A DNA stretch of 20,306 nucleotides. Source: Gemmatimonadota bacterium (GTDB taxonomy: Bacteria > Gemmatimonadota > Gemmatimonadetes > Palauibacterales > Palauibacteraceae). Positions 1-8,502 of this stretch are shown piece after piece. A program made the position numbers and the translations under genes. Position 1 is the stretch's first letter. Each line of letters starts with the position of its first letter. The notes beneath the pieces were generated by a model. The model saw only the letters and a program-made list of their open reading frames with translations. It did no database searches and was not told the DNA's origin. The stretch spans positions 1 through 20,306 of the forward strand of contig JBDHAC010000072.1 in the NCBI GenBank assembly GCA_039588275.1, given 5' to 3'.

Positions 1-1
1 C

Positions 2-982
2 CACGACGTCGTGAACGTGGACTGTCTGACGTACGCCGGCAGCCTCGAATCGCTCACTTCAGTCGCGGAATCCGAGCGCTATCACTTCGAGCAGGTGGAC
101 ATCTGTGAAGGGGCCGAGCTCCGACGGATCTTCGAGCGGTACCGGCCTCGGGCCGTGTTCCACCTCGCGGCCGAGTCGCATGTGGATCGCTCGATCGACG
201 GACCCATGCTGTTCCTGCACACGAACGTCGTCGGGACGTGCACGCTCCTGGCGGAGACGCGACGCCATTACTCGGAACTGGATGAGATCGGGCAGACCGA
301 GTTCCGCTTCATCCACGTCTCGACGGATGAGGTCTTCGGCACGCTCTGTCCACGGGGCTTCTTCACGGAGTCCTCTCCGTACGACCCGAACTCGCCCTAT
401 GCGGCAAGCAAGGCTGCTGCCGACCACTTCGCGCGAGTGTGGCAGCGGGTGTACGACGTGCCCGTGATCGTCACGAACTGCTCCAACAACTACGGTCCGT
501 TCCAGTTTCCGGAGAAGCTCATTCCGAACATGATCCTCCGCGCGCTGGAGCGGCGAACGCTTCCCGTGTACGGGGATGGGCGGAACGTGCGCGATTGGCT
601 GAACGTGGAAGATCACGTGCGGGCGCTCATGGCCGTCCTCAGGCGCGGCCGGGTCGGTGAGACCTACGCGATCGGCGGGAACGCGGAGCGCCAGAACATC
701 CAGGTCGTGAGCCAGATCTGCGACACGCTCGACGCGATCCGGCCACGCGGCGACGGCCGAAGCTTCCGGGGACAGATCACCTTCGTCGCGGACCGTCGAG
801 CCCACGATCGACGCTGCGCGATCGACGCGAGCAGGATCCGGCGCGAACTGGCGTGGGAGCCGCGTAAGAGCTTCGAAACCGGTCTACGTCATACCGTCCA
901 ATGGTATCTGGACAACGAAGCCTGGTGGAGTCGCATCCGTGGCACGACTTACGGCGGCGAACGGTTGGGTGTGAGCGCGTGA
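2..982 (+). CDS. rfbB: dTDP-glucose 4,6-dehydratase (5'-truncated by window edge)
   Basis: The frame is open from base 2 (HDVVNVDCLTYAG). It contains HLAAESHVDRSI, the catalytic HVSTDEV and YAASK (YxxxK), NCSNNYGPFQFPEKLIP and VYGDGRNVRDWL. The N-terminal GxxGxxG lies upstream of the window. Confidence 0.96.
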   Translation, partial: HDVVNVDCLTYAGSLESLTSVAESERYHFEQVDICEGAELRRIFERYRPRAVFHLAAESHVDRSIDGPMLFLHTNVVGTCTLLAETRRHYSELDEIGQTEFRFIHVSTDEVFGTLCPRGFFTESSPYDPNSPYAASKAAADHFARVWQRVYDVPVIVTNCSNNYGPFQFPEKLIPNMILRALERRTLPVYGDGRNVRDWLNVEDHVRALMAVLRRGRVGETYAIGGNAERQNIQVVSQICDTLDAIRPRGDGRSFRGQITFVADRRAHDRRCAIDASRIRRELAWEPRKSFETGLRHTVQWYLDNEAWWSRIRGTTYGGERLGVSA

Positions 983-1004
983 GACCGGAGCGCACGCACG
1001 TGGG

Positions 1005-1943
1005 ATGAAGATCCTACTTGCCGGACGGCACGGGCAGGTCGGGTCGAAGCTGACACGCACTCTCGCCCCTCTGGGACAGGTGTGCGCCACGGACCGGGCC
1101 GAGCTGGACTTGACGGACCCGGACGCGATCGTGGCCACGGTTCGCGCCCTCCGGCCGGACTTGATCGTCAACGCGGCCGCGTTCACGGATGTCGATCGGG
1201 CGGAGACCGAGCCCGATCAGGCGCTCGCGGTAAACGCACACGCGCCTCGGATCCTCGCCGAGGAGGCAGCTCGTCTTGGAGTACCACTCGTGCATTACTC
1301 CACCGACCACGTATTCGATGGCGAGCAGGACGAGCCGTACGCGGAAGACGATCCCCCCGCGCCCCTGAGCGTGTACGGGCGCACGAAGCTATTGGGTGAG
1401 GAGGGGGTGCGTGCGGCCGGGCCTGCTCACCTGATCCTGCGTGTGGCCTGGGTATACGGTGGCCGAACGCGCAACCTCTTCGCGACCATGCTCGACCTGT
1501 TTCAACGCCGCGTCGACGTTACCGTGGTGAACGACCAGACGGGGAGCCCGACCTGGTGCCGCGAGATCGCCGCGGCGACGGCGGAGCTCATACGAGTCGC
1601 TTCCTCGAGCATGACTTCGGGAGCGAGCTCACCGCTGCGGGCGGCGCTCTCGGAGCGAGGTGGCACGTACCACCTGGCCAGCCCGGGCCGCACGACCTGG
1701 CATGGCTTCGCCGAGGAGATCGCCAACTGCCTGCGCCGCTTCGATGGCCCTCCGCTGCGTGTGGAGAATATCGTCCCCATCGCCTCGGCCGAGTACGGGG
1801 CGGCTGCGCGCCGACCCCGCAACAGCCTCCTGGATGGCCGGCGTCTCGAGGAGCGGTTCGGGATCACGCTCCCGCCCTGGGAGGATCAGGTCGCCGGCTG
1901 CGTAGAAGCCATTACCACCCGCCGCGAGGTCCTGGTCGGCTGA
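1005..1943 (+). CDS. rfbD: dTDP-4-dehydrorhamnose reductase
   Basis: Rossmann start MKILLAGRHGQVG, then IVNAAAFTDVDRAE, HYSTDHVFDG, PLSVYGRTK (YxxxK), VVNDQTGSPT, GTYHL and ARRPRNS. It directly follows rfbB. Confidence 0.95.
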   Translation: MKILLAGRHGQVGSKLTRTLAPLGQVCATDRAELDLTDPDAIVATVRALRPDLIVNAAAFTDVDRAETEPDQALAVNAHAPRILAEEAARLGVPLVHYSTDHVFDGEQDEPYAEDDPPAPLSVYGRTKLLGEEGVRAAGPAHLILRVAWVYGGRTRNLFATMLDLFQRRVDVTVVNDQTGSPTWCREIAAATAELIRVASSSMTSGASSPLRAALSERGGTYHLASPGRTTWHGFAEEIANCLRRFDGPPLRVENIVPIASAEYGAAARRPRNSLLDGRRLEERFGITLPPWEDQVAGCVEAITTRREVLVG

Positions 1944-2113
1944 CCCACCGCCAGTCAACCGCCGCGAACGAGCGCCGCGTGCGGCCCCCGCCGGTGAACC
2001 CCCGCGCTGGCGGCGATACCACCTCACCGTAACTTTCCCGGACGCAGCCGTGCGCCCGGCAGTCTCCGGGATACGCGCGCCACCACGGGATCACCCGAGC
2101 AGCGAGCAGGACG

Positions 2114-4600
2114 ATGCGACTTCGGGAAGCGATGTACCGCATGCTGGCCCTTGCCGCCCTGACCTCCCTGCCCGCCATGCCCCTGTCTGGGCAGCCGACC
2201 GCTCTACAGGAGCCCGAGGCAGCGGCCCGTTTCGAGTTCCCACTCAACATCCAGAGCATCATGCGCGGTACTGAGCTGGTGGGTCAGGCACCAACGGGCG
2301 TGCGCTGGACGGACGATGGAGAGTGGATCTACTTCCGCTGGCTGCCGGGGGGACACGAGTGGCACGAGGAACGGGACCTGTACCGCGTCCCGGCGGCCGG
2401 TGGCGAGCCCCAAGAGCTCGAAGATGAGGCGGCGGATTCGCTCGCGGTCCACATCTCCGGCGGCGACCTGTCGCCCGATCGCGCCTGGCGCGTCACATCG
2501 GTCGAGGACGACCTGTACCTGGTGGAGCGCGCCACCGGGTCGGTGCAACGACTCACCGAGACCACCGAGGCCGAGGGCTCACCGGCCTTCTCGGGTGATG
2601 GCGAGAGCGTGTTCTTCCGCCGCGACGACAACCTGTACGCGCTCACGCGCACGGACGGGAGTGTGCGCCAGCTGACCGACATTCGTAGCGGTCCCGCGCC
2701 GAAGGACGACGAGCCCGCGCAGGGTCACAAGGGCTTCCTCGAGGAGCAGCAACGCGAGTTGTTCGAGCACGTCCGCGTCGCGGAGGAACGAGACGATCGT
2801 CAGGAGGCCGAGCAGGAGCGGCGGGAGGCCGGCCGTCCGGAGCCCCTGTACGTGGATGCGCCGGAGCGCGTTCAGTCCCTCGCGGCGAGTCCGACGGGAG
2901 AGTTCGTGATCGCGACCGTGACGAAGCCGGCAGGCGACGCGACGCAGACGCTCGTCCCTCGCTGGGTGACGTCGTCCGGATACACGGAGGAGAACGACGT
3001 ACGGGCGAAGGTCGGGGACGAACAATCCGAGGCCCGCATCGCCCTGATCGAGGTCGCGACGGGCGAGACGACCTGGCTGGATCTGACCGCGCCCGACGGA
3101 GAGGAGAGCGACGAGTCATCGCCGGAGGCTGGCGACCAATCTGGAGCGGAGGAGGCGCCAGCCCTCGCCGTCGCCCGGTTCGCCGGGTGGAACGACCGCG
3201 GCACCCACGGCCTCCTGTTCGCAGTCGACTTCGACTACAAGACCTGGCGTCTGTACGCGCTCGACGCCGCGAGCGGCGAGCTCACGCTGCTCGACTCCCA
3301 CTACGATGAAGCCTGGGTCGGCGGCCCGTGCTTCGCGAGGTTCGGTGGGGGGTGCCTCGGGTGGTTCCCGGATGACGCTGCCGTGGCCGCGGACGGACCC
3401 CGCGCGTGGTACGTGAGCGAGGGGACCGGCTACGCGCACCTGTACGCGATCGACGCGGATGGCTCGGACCGCCGCCAGCTGACGAGCGGCGAGTGGGAGG
3501 TGCAGTCGGTCACCATTCCCGAGGGACGCGACAGGTTCCTTCTCCACACCAGCGAGGTGTCGCCGTTCGACCTTCACCCGTGGCGGATGGAGTTCGACGG
3601 CCGATCCCGGACCCAGGTGCTCGAGGGCGAAGGATCGTACCGGACCACGCCCTCACCGGACGGAGACCGGCTGGCGGTGCTCGTGTCGCGGGCCAACCGG
3701 CCGCCCGAGCTGTTCGTGGGCGACAACGACATCGATGCCGACCTCGAGCAGCTGACCGCCTCGCCCACCGCCGAATGGCTGACCTTCCCCTGGATCCAGC
3801 CCGAGATCGTTCGCTTCGAGGCACGCGATGGGACGGGTGTGCCCGCTCGCATCTACCGCCCCTCCGATGTGGGGGCCCGGCCGAACGGAGCGGGGGTCGT
3901 GTTCGTGCACGGCGCCGGGTACCTGCACAACGTCCACAACTGGTGGTCGAGCTATTACCGCGAGTACATGTTCCACCATTTCCTCGCGGCGAACGGATAC
4001 ACCGTTCTCGACATCGACTACCGCGGCTCGGCCGGATACGGACGCGACTGGCGTACCGCGATCTACCGCCACATGGGTGGTTGGGATCTGAGCGATCAGG
4101 TGGATGGGGCTCGCTACCTGGCGAGCGCCGAGGGGGTGGATCCCGGTCGCATCGGTATCTACGGCGGCTCCTACGGTGGCTTCATCACTCTGATGGCCTT
4201 GTTCACGGAACCTGACGCCTTCGCGGCGGGCGCCGCCCTCCGCTCGGTGACCGATTGGGCGCACTACAACCACTGGTACACGAGCCGTATTCTGAACCTT
4301 CCCGATGACGACGAGGAGGCCTACCACCGCTCCTCGCCCATCTACTTCGCCGACGGCCTGAAGGGGCATCTCCTCATCGCGCACGGGATGTACGACACGA
4401 ACGTGCATTTCTCGGACGTGGTGCGTCTGGCGCAGCGCCTCATCGAGCTCGGCAAGGAGAAGTGGGAGATGGCGGTCTACCCGGTGGAGAACCACGGCTT
4501 CGAGGAGCCCACATCATGGACCGACGAGTACCGCCGCATCTTCCTGCTCTTCGAGCGTTCGATCGGTGATCCGACTGCGGGGTCTGCCGACGGTGACTGA
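2114..4600 (+). CDS. Secreted S9 (prolyl oligopeptidase/DPP-IV-like) serine peptidase with N-terminal beta-propeller
   Basis: Signal-peptide-like N-terminus and TolB/DPP-IV-type propeller repeats. The catalytic domain has VFVHGAG, DYRGSAGYG, nucleophile GIYGGSYGG (~4163-4180), Asp in HGMYDTNV and His in ENHGF, in the Ser-Asp-His order typical of S9. Confidence 0.93.
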   Translation: MRLREAMYRMLALAALTSLPAMPLSGQPTALQEPEAAARFEFPLNIQSIMRGTELVGQAPTGVRWTDDGEWIYFRWLPGGHEWHEERDLYRVPAAGGEPQELEDEAADSLAVHISGGDLSPDRAWRVTSVEDDLYLVERATGSVQRLTETTEAEGSPAFSGDGESVFFRRDDNLYALTRTDGSVRQLTDIRSGPAPKDDEPAQGHKGFLEEQQRELFEHVRVAEERDDRQEAEQERREAGRPEPLYVDAPERVQSLAASPTGEFVIATVTKPAGDATQTLVPRWVTSSGYTEENDVRAKVGDEQSEARIALIEVATGETTWLDLTAPDGEESDESSPEAGDQSGAEEAPALAVARFAGWNDRGTHGLLFAVDFDYKTWRLYALDAASGELTLLDSHYDEAWVGGPCFARFGGGCLGWFPDDAAVAADGPRAWYVSEGTGYAHLYAIDADGSDRRQLTSGEWEVQSVTIPEGRDRFLLHTSEVSPFDLHPWRMEFDGRSRTQVLEGEGSYRTTPSPDGDRLAVLVSRANRPPELFVGDNDIDADLEQLTASPTAEWLTFPWIQPEIVRFEARDGTGVPARIYRPSDVGARPNGAGVVFVHGAGYLHNVHNWWSSYYREYMFHHFLAANGYTVLDIDYRGSAGYGRDWRTAIYRHMGGWDLSDQVDGARYLASAEGVDPGRIGIYGGSYGGFITLMALFTEPDAFAAGAALRSVTDWAHYNHWYTSRILNLPDDDEEAYHRSSPIYFADGLKGHLLIAHGMYDTNVHFSDVVRLAQRLIELGKEKWEMAVYPVENHGFEEPTSWTDEYRRIFLLFERSIGDPTAGSADGD

Positions 4601-7600
4601 CCCCCGAGGCGTCCGGCCGACGCCCCTGGCCGGGCGTGCCCCTCCCGGGCGTGCCGCTCCCGGGTGTGCCGCTCCCGGACATGCCGTCTCCGGGCGTGCC
4701 GTCTCCGCGCGGGTTGCCCCCATCGCCGGGCACGTCAGGCGCACGGCGCGCGCTCTACTCGCCGGACTCGTCGTCGGGTGCGGATCCGATGCGCCGGCCG
4801 AGTGGCGGGAGGCCGCCGACCACCGCTGGCTGCCGCTCGAGGTGAAAGGCCGCGAGACGGGGGGATTCGAGATCCTCGCACCGGCGCGGACCGGGATCGA
4901 AGCGGCGAACGACCTGCCGGAGGAGCTGGCCCTCGAGAATCGAACGCTGGCGGACGGGTCGGGCGTGGCGCTCGGCGACGTGGATGGGGACGGGCGAACC
5001 GATGTGTATCTGTGCCGCATCTCCCGGCCCAACGCGCTGTACCGGAACCTGGGGGACTGGAGGTTCGAGGACATCACCGAGCGCGCCGGCGTGGGACTCG
5101 GGGACCGCGCGTCGACCGGCGCCGCGTTCGCCGACGTGGATGGGGACGGCGACCTGGATCTCATCGTCACGGCATCGGGTCAGCCCAACAGCTTGCTGCT
5201 CAACGACGGGTCGGGTGTCTTCGCGGACGTGTCGGGCGACGCCGGCTTCATCGTGTCCCGGGCGAGCCGCAGCCTGACCCTGGCGGATGTCGATGGGGAC
5301 GCAGACCTGGACCTGTACGTCACCAACAACAAGACCCGCGTCGCGCGGGACCTGTTTCCTCCCGAGGACCGGACCTCCGAGCGGATAATGATCCGTCGCG
5401 GCGAGCGCTATGAAGTCGTACCGGAGTTCGCGGATCACTACCGCGTCACTCGGATCGGCGATTTCGTCCGCCGCTTCGAGCTCGCCGAGGAGGACGAGTT
5501 CTACCTCAACGATGGCGCGGGCCGATTCGAGCCGGTCTCGTTCACCGGCGGCCGCTTCCTCGATGAGCGCGGCGAGCCGCTGACCGAAGCGCCCCGCGAC
5601 TGGGGGTTGAGCACCCGGTTCCACGACTTGAACGGGGACGCGGTACCCGACCTGTACGTGTGCAACGACTTCGAGAGCCCAGACCACATCTGGATCAACG
5701 ACGGATCGGGAAGGTTCCGAGCGGCACGTCCGGAGCTCATCCGCACGACGAGCCTGGCATGCATGACGCTCGACTTCGCCGACGTGGATCGCGACGGAGT
5801 CGACGACATCTTCTCGGCGGACATGGAAGGCGTGGATGACGTGCGCCGCAAGCGGATCCTCGCCCAGATGTTGCCGGACACCACCGGCCCCGGCGACCTG
5901 ACCAGCCGCCCGCAGCGCACCCGCAACACGCTACAGCTCAACCGAGGCGACGGCACGTACGCGGACGTTGCGCCCATGGCCGGGGTCACAGGCTCCGATT
6001 GGACCTGGGGCGCGCTCTTCCTCGATGTGGACCTGGATGGCTACGAGGACCTTCTCCTGACCACCGGTCACGCGTGGGACCTCCTCGACGCGGACCTCCA
6101 GATGCAAGCCGCCGGGGCACGCGGCCAGATCGATTGGCAGGTGGAGAACCGACTGTATCCGCCGCTCCTCCTCCCGAACCTGGCCTTTCACAACCGGGGG
6201 GATTCGACCTTCGATGAACGTTCGGAGCTGTGGGGGTTCGGGGCGGAGCCGGACATCGCACAGGGTATCGCGAGCGGGGATCTGGATGGGGATGGCGACG
6301 CGGACCTGGTCGTGTCGCGCCTGAACGCGTCTCCGCTGGTCCTGCGCAACGAATCGTCGGCCCCGCGGGTGAGGGTGCGGTTAGACGGGCTCGCGCCGAA
6401 CACCCGCGGTATCGGGGCGACGATTCGAGTGCATGGCGGGCCGGTGCCGGAGCAGCGGAAGGTGGTGACGGCGACTGCGTCCTATCTGTCGGCCTCGGAA
6501 CCGGCGCACACGTTCGCAGCCGGCCGCGACGGCCGCGACGGCCCGCTGTCGATCGAGGTGAGATGGCCGAGCGGTGCGACGACCCGCATCGACGAGGTGA
6601 TCGCCGACCGCTTGTACGAGGTGCGGGAGCCGGAAGGTGCCGCGGTTGCCCGGCCCGGCGCGGACCGCGTGATACCGGTCGCCGCGCCGGGTCCTCGACC
6701 CATCTTCGAGTCCGCCGCGTTGGGGCACGTGCACGCCGAGCCCTCGTTCGACGAGTTCCTACGCCAGCCTCTGCTCCCGTACCGGCTCAGCCAGCTGGGT
6801 CCCGGCGTGTCGTGGATCGATGCGGACGGAGACGGCGATCCCGACCTCGTTGTGGGGAGCGGGAGCCAGGGCCGGCCGGGCCTGTATCGAAACGACGAAG
6901 GACGCCTGAACGAGGTGCGTCTGGAGATGCCGGCCGCGCCGCTCGACCAGAGCACCATTCTGGGTATGCCGTCGGTGCGTGGTGGGGTCGAGTTGTTGAT
7001 CGGCCAGATGAACTACGAGGCCTCGAGCCCGCAGGAAGCTCGTGAGGCCCCCTCGGTACTTCGAGCCCGCCTCACCGGACTGGCGACGGGGCGCGCCGTT
7101 GCGAGTCTCGTTCCCGGGGTGCCAGGCGCGCTGCCCACCGTGGGCCCGCTCGCGCTGGCCGATGTCGACACGGACGGTGATCTGGACCTGTTCGTCGGGG
7201 GACGTGTCGCTCCGACCGTGTACCCGACCGCCGTTCCCTCCCGGTTGTACAGGAACGCCGACGGCACCTTCGAGCCCGACCCGGCGACGGACCGCCTGTT
7301 GGCAGGAGTGGGGATGGTTTCTGCGGCGCTGTTCAGCGATGTCGATCAGGACGGCGACCCCGATCTGGCCCTCGCGTTGGAGTGGGGGCCGATCCGACTG
7401 TTCCGGAACGATGGGGGAGAATTCCGGGAAGCCACGCGCCAGTACGGGCTCGACGCCTGGAGCGGTCTATGGAACGGTCTGGCGAGCGGCGACCTGAACG
7501 AGGATGGACTTCCGGATCTGATCGCTACCTCGTGGGGCGAGAATACCGGGTTCGAGGCGACCTCGGAGCACCCGCTCTACCTGTATCACGGCGACGTGGA

Positions 7601-8462
7601 TGGGAACGGTACGTATGAAGTGGTGCGGGCGAGGCACGACGACCGGATCGGGGGCATCGCGCCGCTCGAGCGACTGCGTCGGCTGGAGGGAGCCATCCCG
7701 ATCCTGCGCCGCTTCGTGCCGTCGTTCGCTTCATACTCCGAGGCCACGTTCGCCGCCGTGTTCGGCGAGCGGCTGAGCGAGGCGACTCGGCTGGAGGCTC
7801 GAACCCTCTCGCATACGCTCTTCCTGAATCGCGGTGACCGTTTCGAGCCGGTGCGACTGCCGGGCGCGGCCCAGATCGCGCCGGCGTTCTACGCGGGCGT
7901 GGCCGATCTGCAGGGGGACGGCCACGATGATGTGTTCCTGACCCAGAACTTCTTCGCCACGGAGCCCGAGACCCCGCGGTACGATGCGGGCCGAAGCGTG
8001 TGGCTCGCCGGTGATGGGACCGGAGCTCTCGAGGCCGTCTCCGGGAGCGAGAGCGGTGTGGCGGTGTACGGCGATCCGCGCGGTGCGGCGCTGGCCGATT
8101 ACGATGCGGACGGGCGGATCGACCTGGTCGTGAGCCAGAACGGCGCGGCCACCCGCCTGTTCCACAACGTCGGAGCCGAGCCGGGTCTGCGCGTTCGACT
8201 GCTCGGGCCGCCGGGTAACCCGGGCGTCGTCGGGGCGAGCCTGCGGGTGCTATATGCCGCCGGGGTGGGCCCGCTGCGCGAGATCCAGGCCGGCTCCGGG
8301 TACTGGTCGCAGAACGACGCCATCCAGGTGCTGGGTCTGCGCGAGGGGCCGCGCGCCGTCCAGGTGCGCTGGCCGGGGGGCGAGCTCACAGAGACGCCGG
8401 TTCCGGATGGGGTGGCCGAGCTGGAGATCCCGATGCCGGGTTCCGCGGAAGGCGGGAGATGA
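4593..8462 (+). CDS. Large lipoprotein with FG-GAP/VCBS repeats and two ASPIC/UnbV domains (CRTAC1-like), copy 1
   Basis: Many D-x-D-G-D-G-x-x-D-L repeats followed by LYRN/LLLN-x-G. ASPIC/UnbV motifs occur mid-protein (GIGATIRV...SYLSAS...IEVRWPSG) and at the C-terminus (VGASLRV...GSGYWSQN...VQVRWPGG). Lipobox-like LLAGLVVG-C. I chose the GTG at 4593, which overlaps the S9 stop (GTGACTGA); 4566 is an alternative start. Confidence 0.88.
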   Translation: MTDPRGVRPTPLAGRAPPGRAAPGCAAPGHAVSGRAVSARVAPIAGHVRRTARALLAGLVVGCGSDAPAEWREAADHRWLPLEVKGRETGGFEILAPARTGIEAANDLPEELALENRTLADGSGVALGDVDGDGRTDVYLCRISRPNALYRNLGDWRFEDITERAGVGLGDRASTGAAFADVDGDGDLDLIVTASGQPNSLLLNDGSGVFADVSGDAGFIVSRASRSLTLADVDGDADLDLYVTNNKTRVARDLFPPEDRTSERIMIRRGERYEVVPEFADHYRVTRIGDFVRRFELAEEDEFYLNDGAGRFEPVSFTGGRFLDERGEPLTEAPRDWGLSTRFHDLNGDAVPDLYVCNDFESPDHIWINDGSGRFRAARPELIRTTSLACMTLDFADVDRDGVDDIFSADMEGVDDVRRKRILAQMLPDTTGPGDLTSRPQRTRNTLQLNRGDGTYADVAPMAGVTGSDWTWGALFLDVDLDGYEDLLLTTGHAWDLLDADLQMQAAGARGQIDWQVENRLYPPLLLPNLAFHNRGDSTFDERSELWGFGAEPDIAQGIASGDLDGDGDADLVVSRLNASPLVLRNESSAPRVRVRLDGLAPNTRGIGATIRVHGGPVPEQRKVVTATASYLSASEPAHTFAAGRDGRDGPLSIEVRWPSGATTRIDEVIADRLYEVREPEGAAVARPGADRVIPVAAPGPRPIFESAALGHVHAEPSFDEFLRQPLLPYRLSQLGPGVSWIDADGDGDPDLVVGSGSQGRPGLYRNDEGRLNEVRLEMPAAPLDQSTILGMPSVRGGVELLIGQMNYEASSPQEAREAPSVLRARLTGLATGRAVASLVPGVPGALPTVGPLALADVDTDGDLDLFVGGRVAPTVYPTAVPSRLYRNADGTFEPDPATDRLLAGVGMVSAALFSDVDQDGDPDLALALEWGPIRLFRNDGGEFREATRQYGLDAWSGLWNGLASGDLNEDGLPDLIATSWGENTGFEATSEHPLYLYHGDVDGNGTYEVVRARHDDRIGGIAPLERLRRLEGAIPILRRFVPSFASYSEATFAAVFGERLSEATRLEARTLSHTLFLNRGDRFEPVRLPGAAQIAPAFYAGVADLQGDGHDDVFLTQNFFATEPETPRYDAGRSVWLAGDGTGALEAVSGSESGVAVYGDPRGAALADYDADGRIDLVVSQNGAATRLFHNVGAEPGLRVRLLGPPGNPGVVGASLRVLYAAGVGPLREIQAGSGYWSQNDAIQVLGLREGPRAVQVRWPGGELTETPVPDGVAELEIPMPGSAEGGR
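4631..4705 (+). repeat. Degenerate 15-bp tandem repeat, 5 copies (consensus CGGGCGTGCCGCTCC)
   Basis: cgggcgtgcccctcc / cgggcgtgccgctcc / cgggtgtgccgctcc / cggacatgccgtctc / cgggcgtgccgtctc. It encodes GRAPP-GRAAP-GCAAP-GHAVS-GRAVS. Confidence 0.9.
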
Positions 8463-8502
8463 TGCGGGCGGAGGACCGGTGAACATGCGGGTGGATCGGT
8501 GA
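8459..8502 (+). other. Imperfect direct repeat forming two overlapping mini-ORFs between the two lipoprotein genes
   Basis: atgcgggcggaggaccggtga (8462-8482) versus atgcgggtggatcggtga (8485-8502). ORFs 8459-8482 (MMRAEDR) and 8479-8502 (MNMRVDR, GTG start) are joined to each other and to both flanking genes by 4-nt ATGA/GTGA overlaps. Confidence 0.5.

Noticed and set aside
2008..2070. Possible sigma70 promoter (TAACTT near 2030) and leader hairpin before the S9 peptidase
   Set aside because: The -35 match is weak and the GC-rich pairing is expected by chance, so it cannot be supported from sequence alone.
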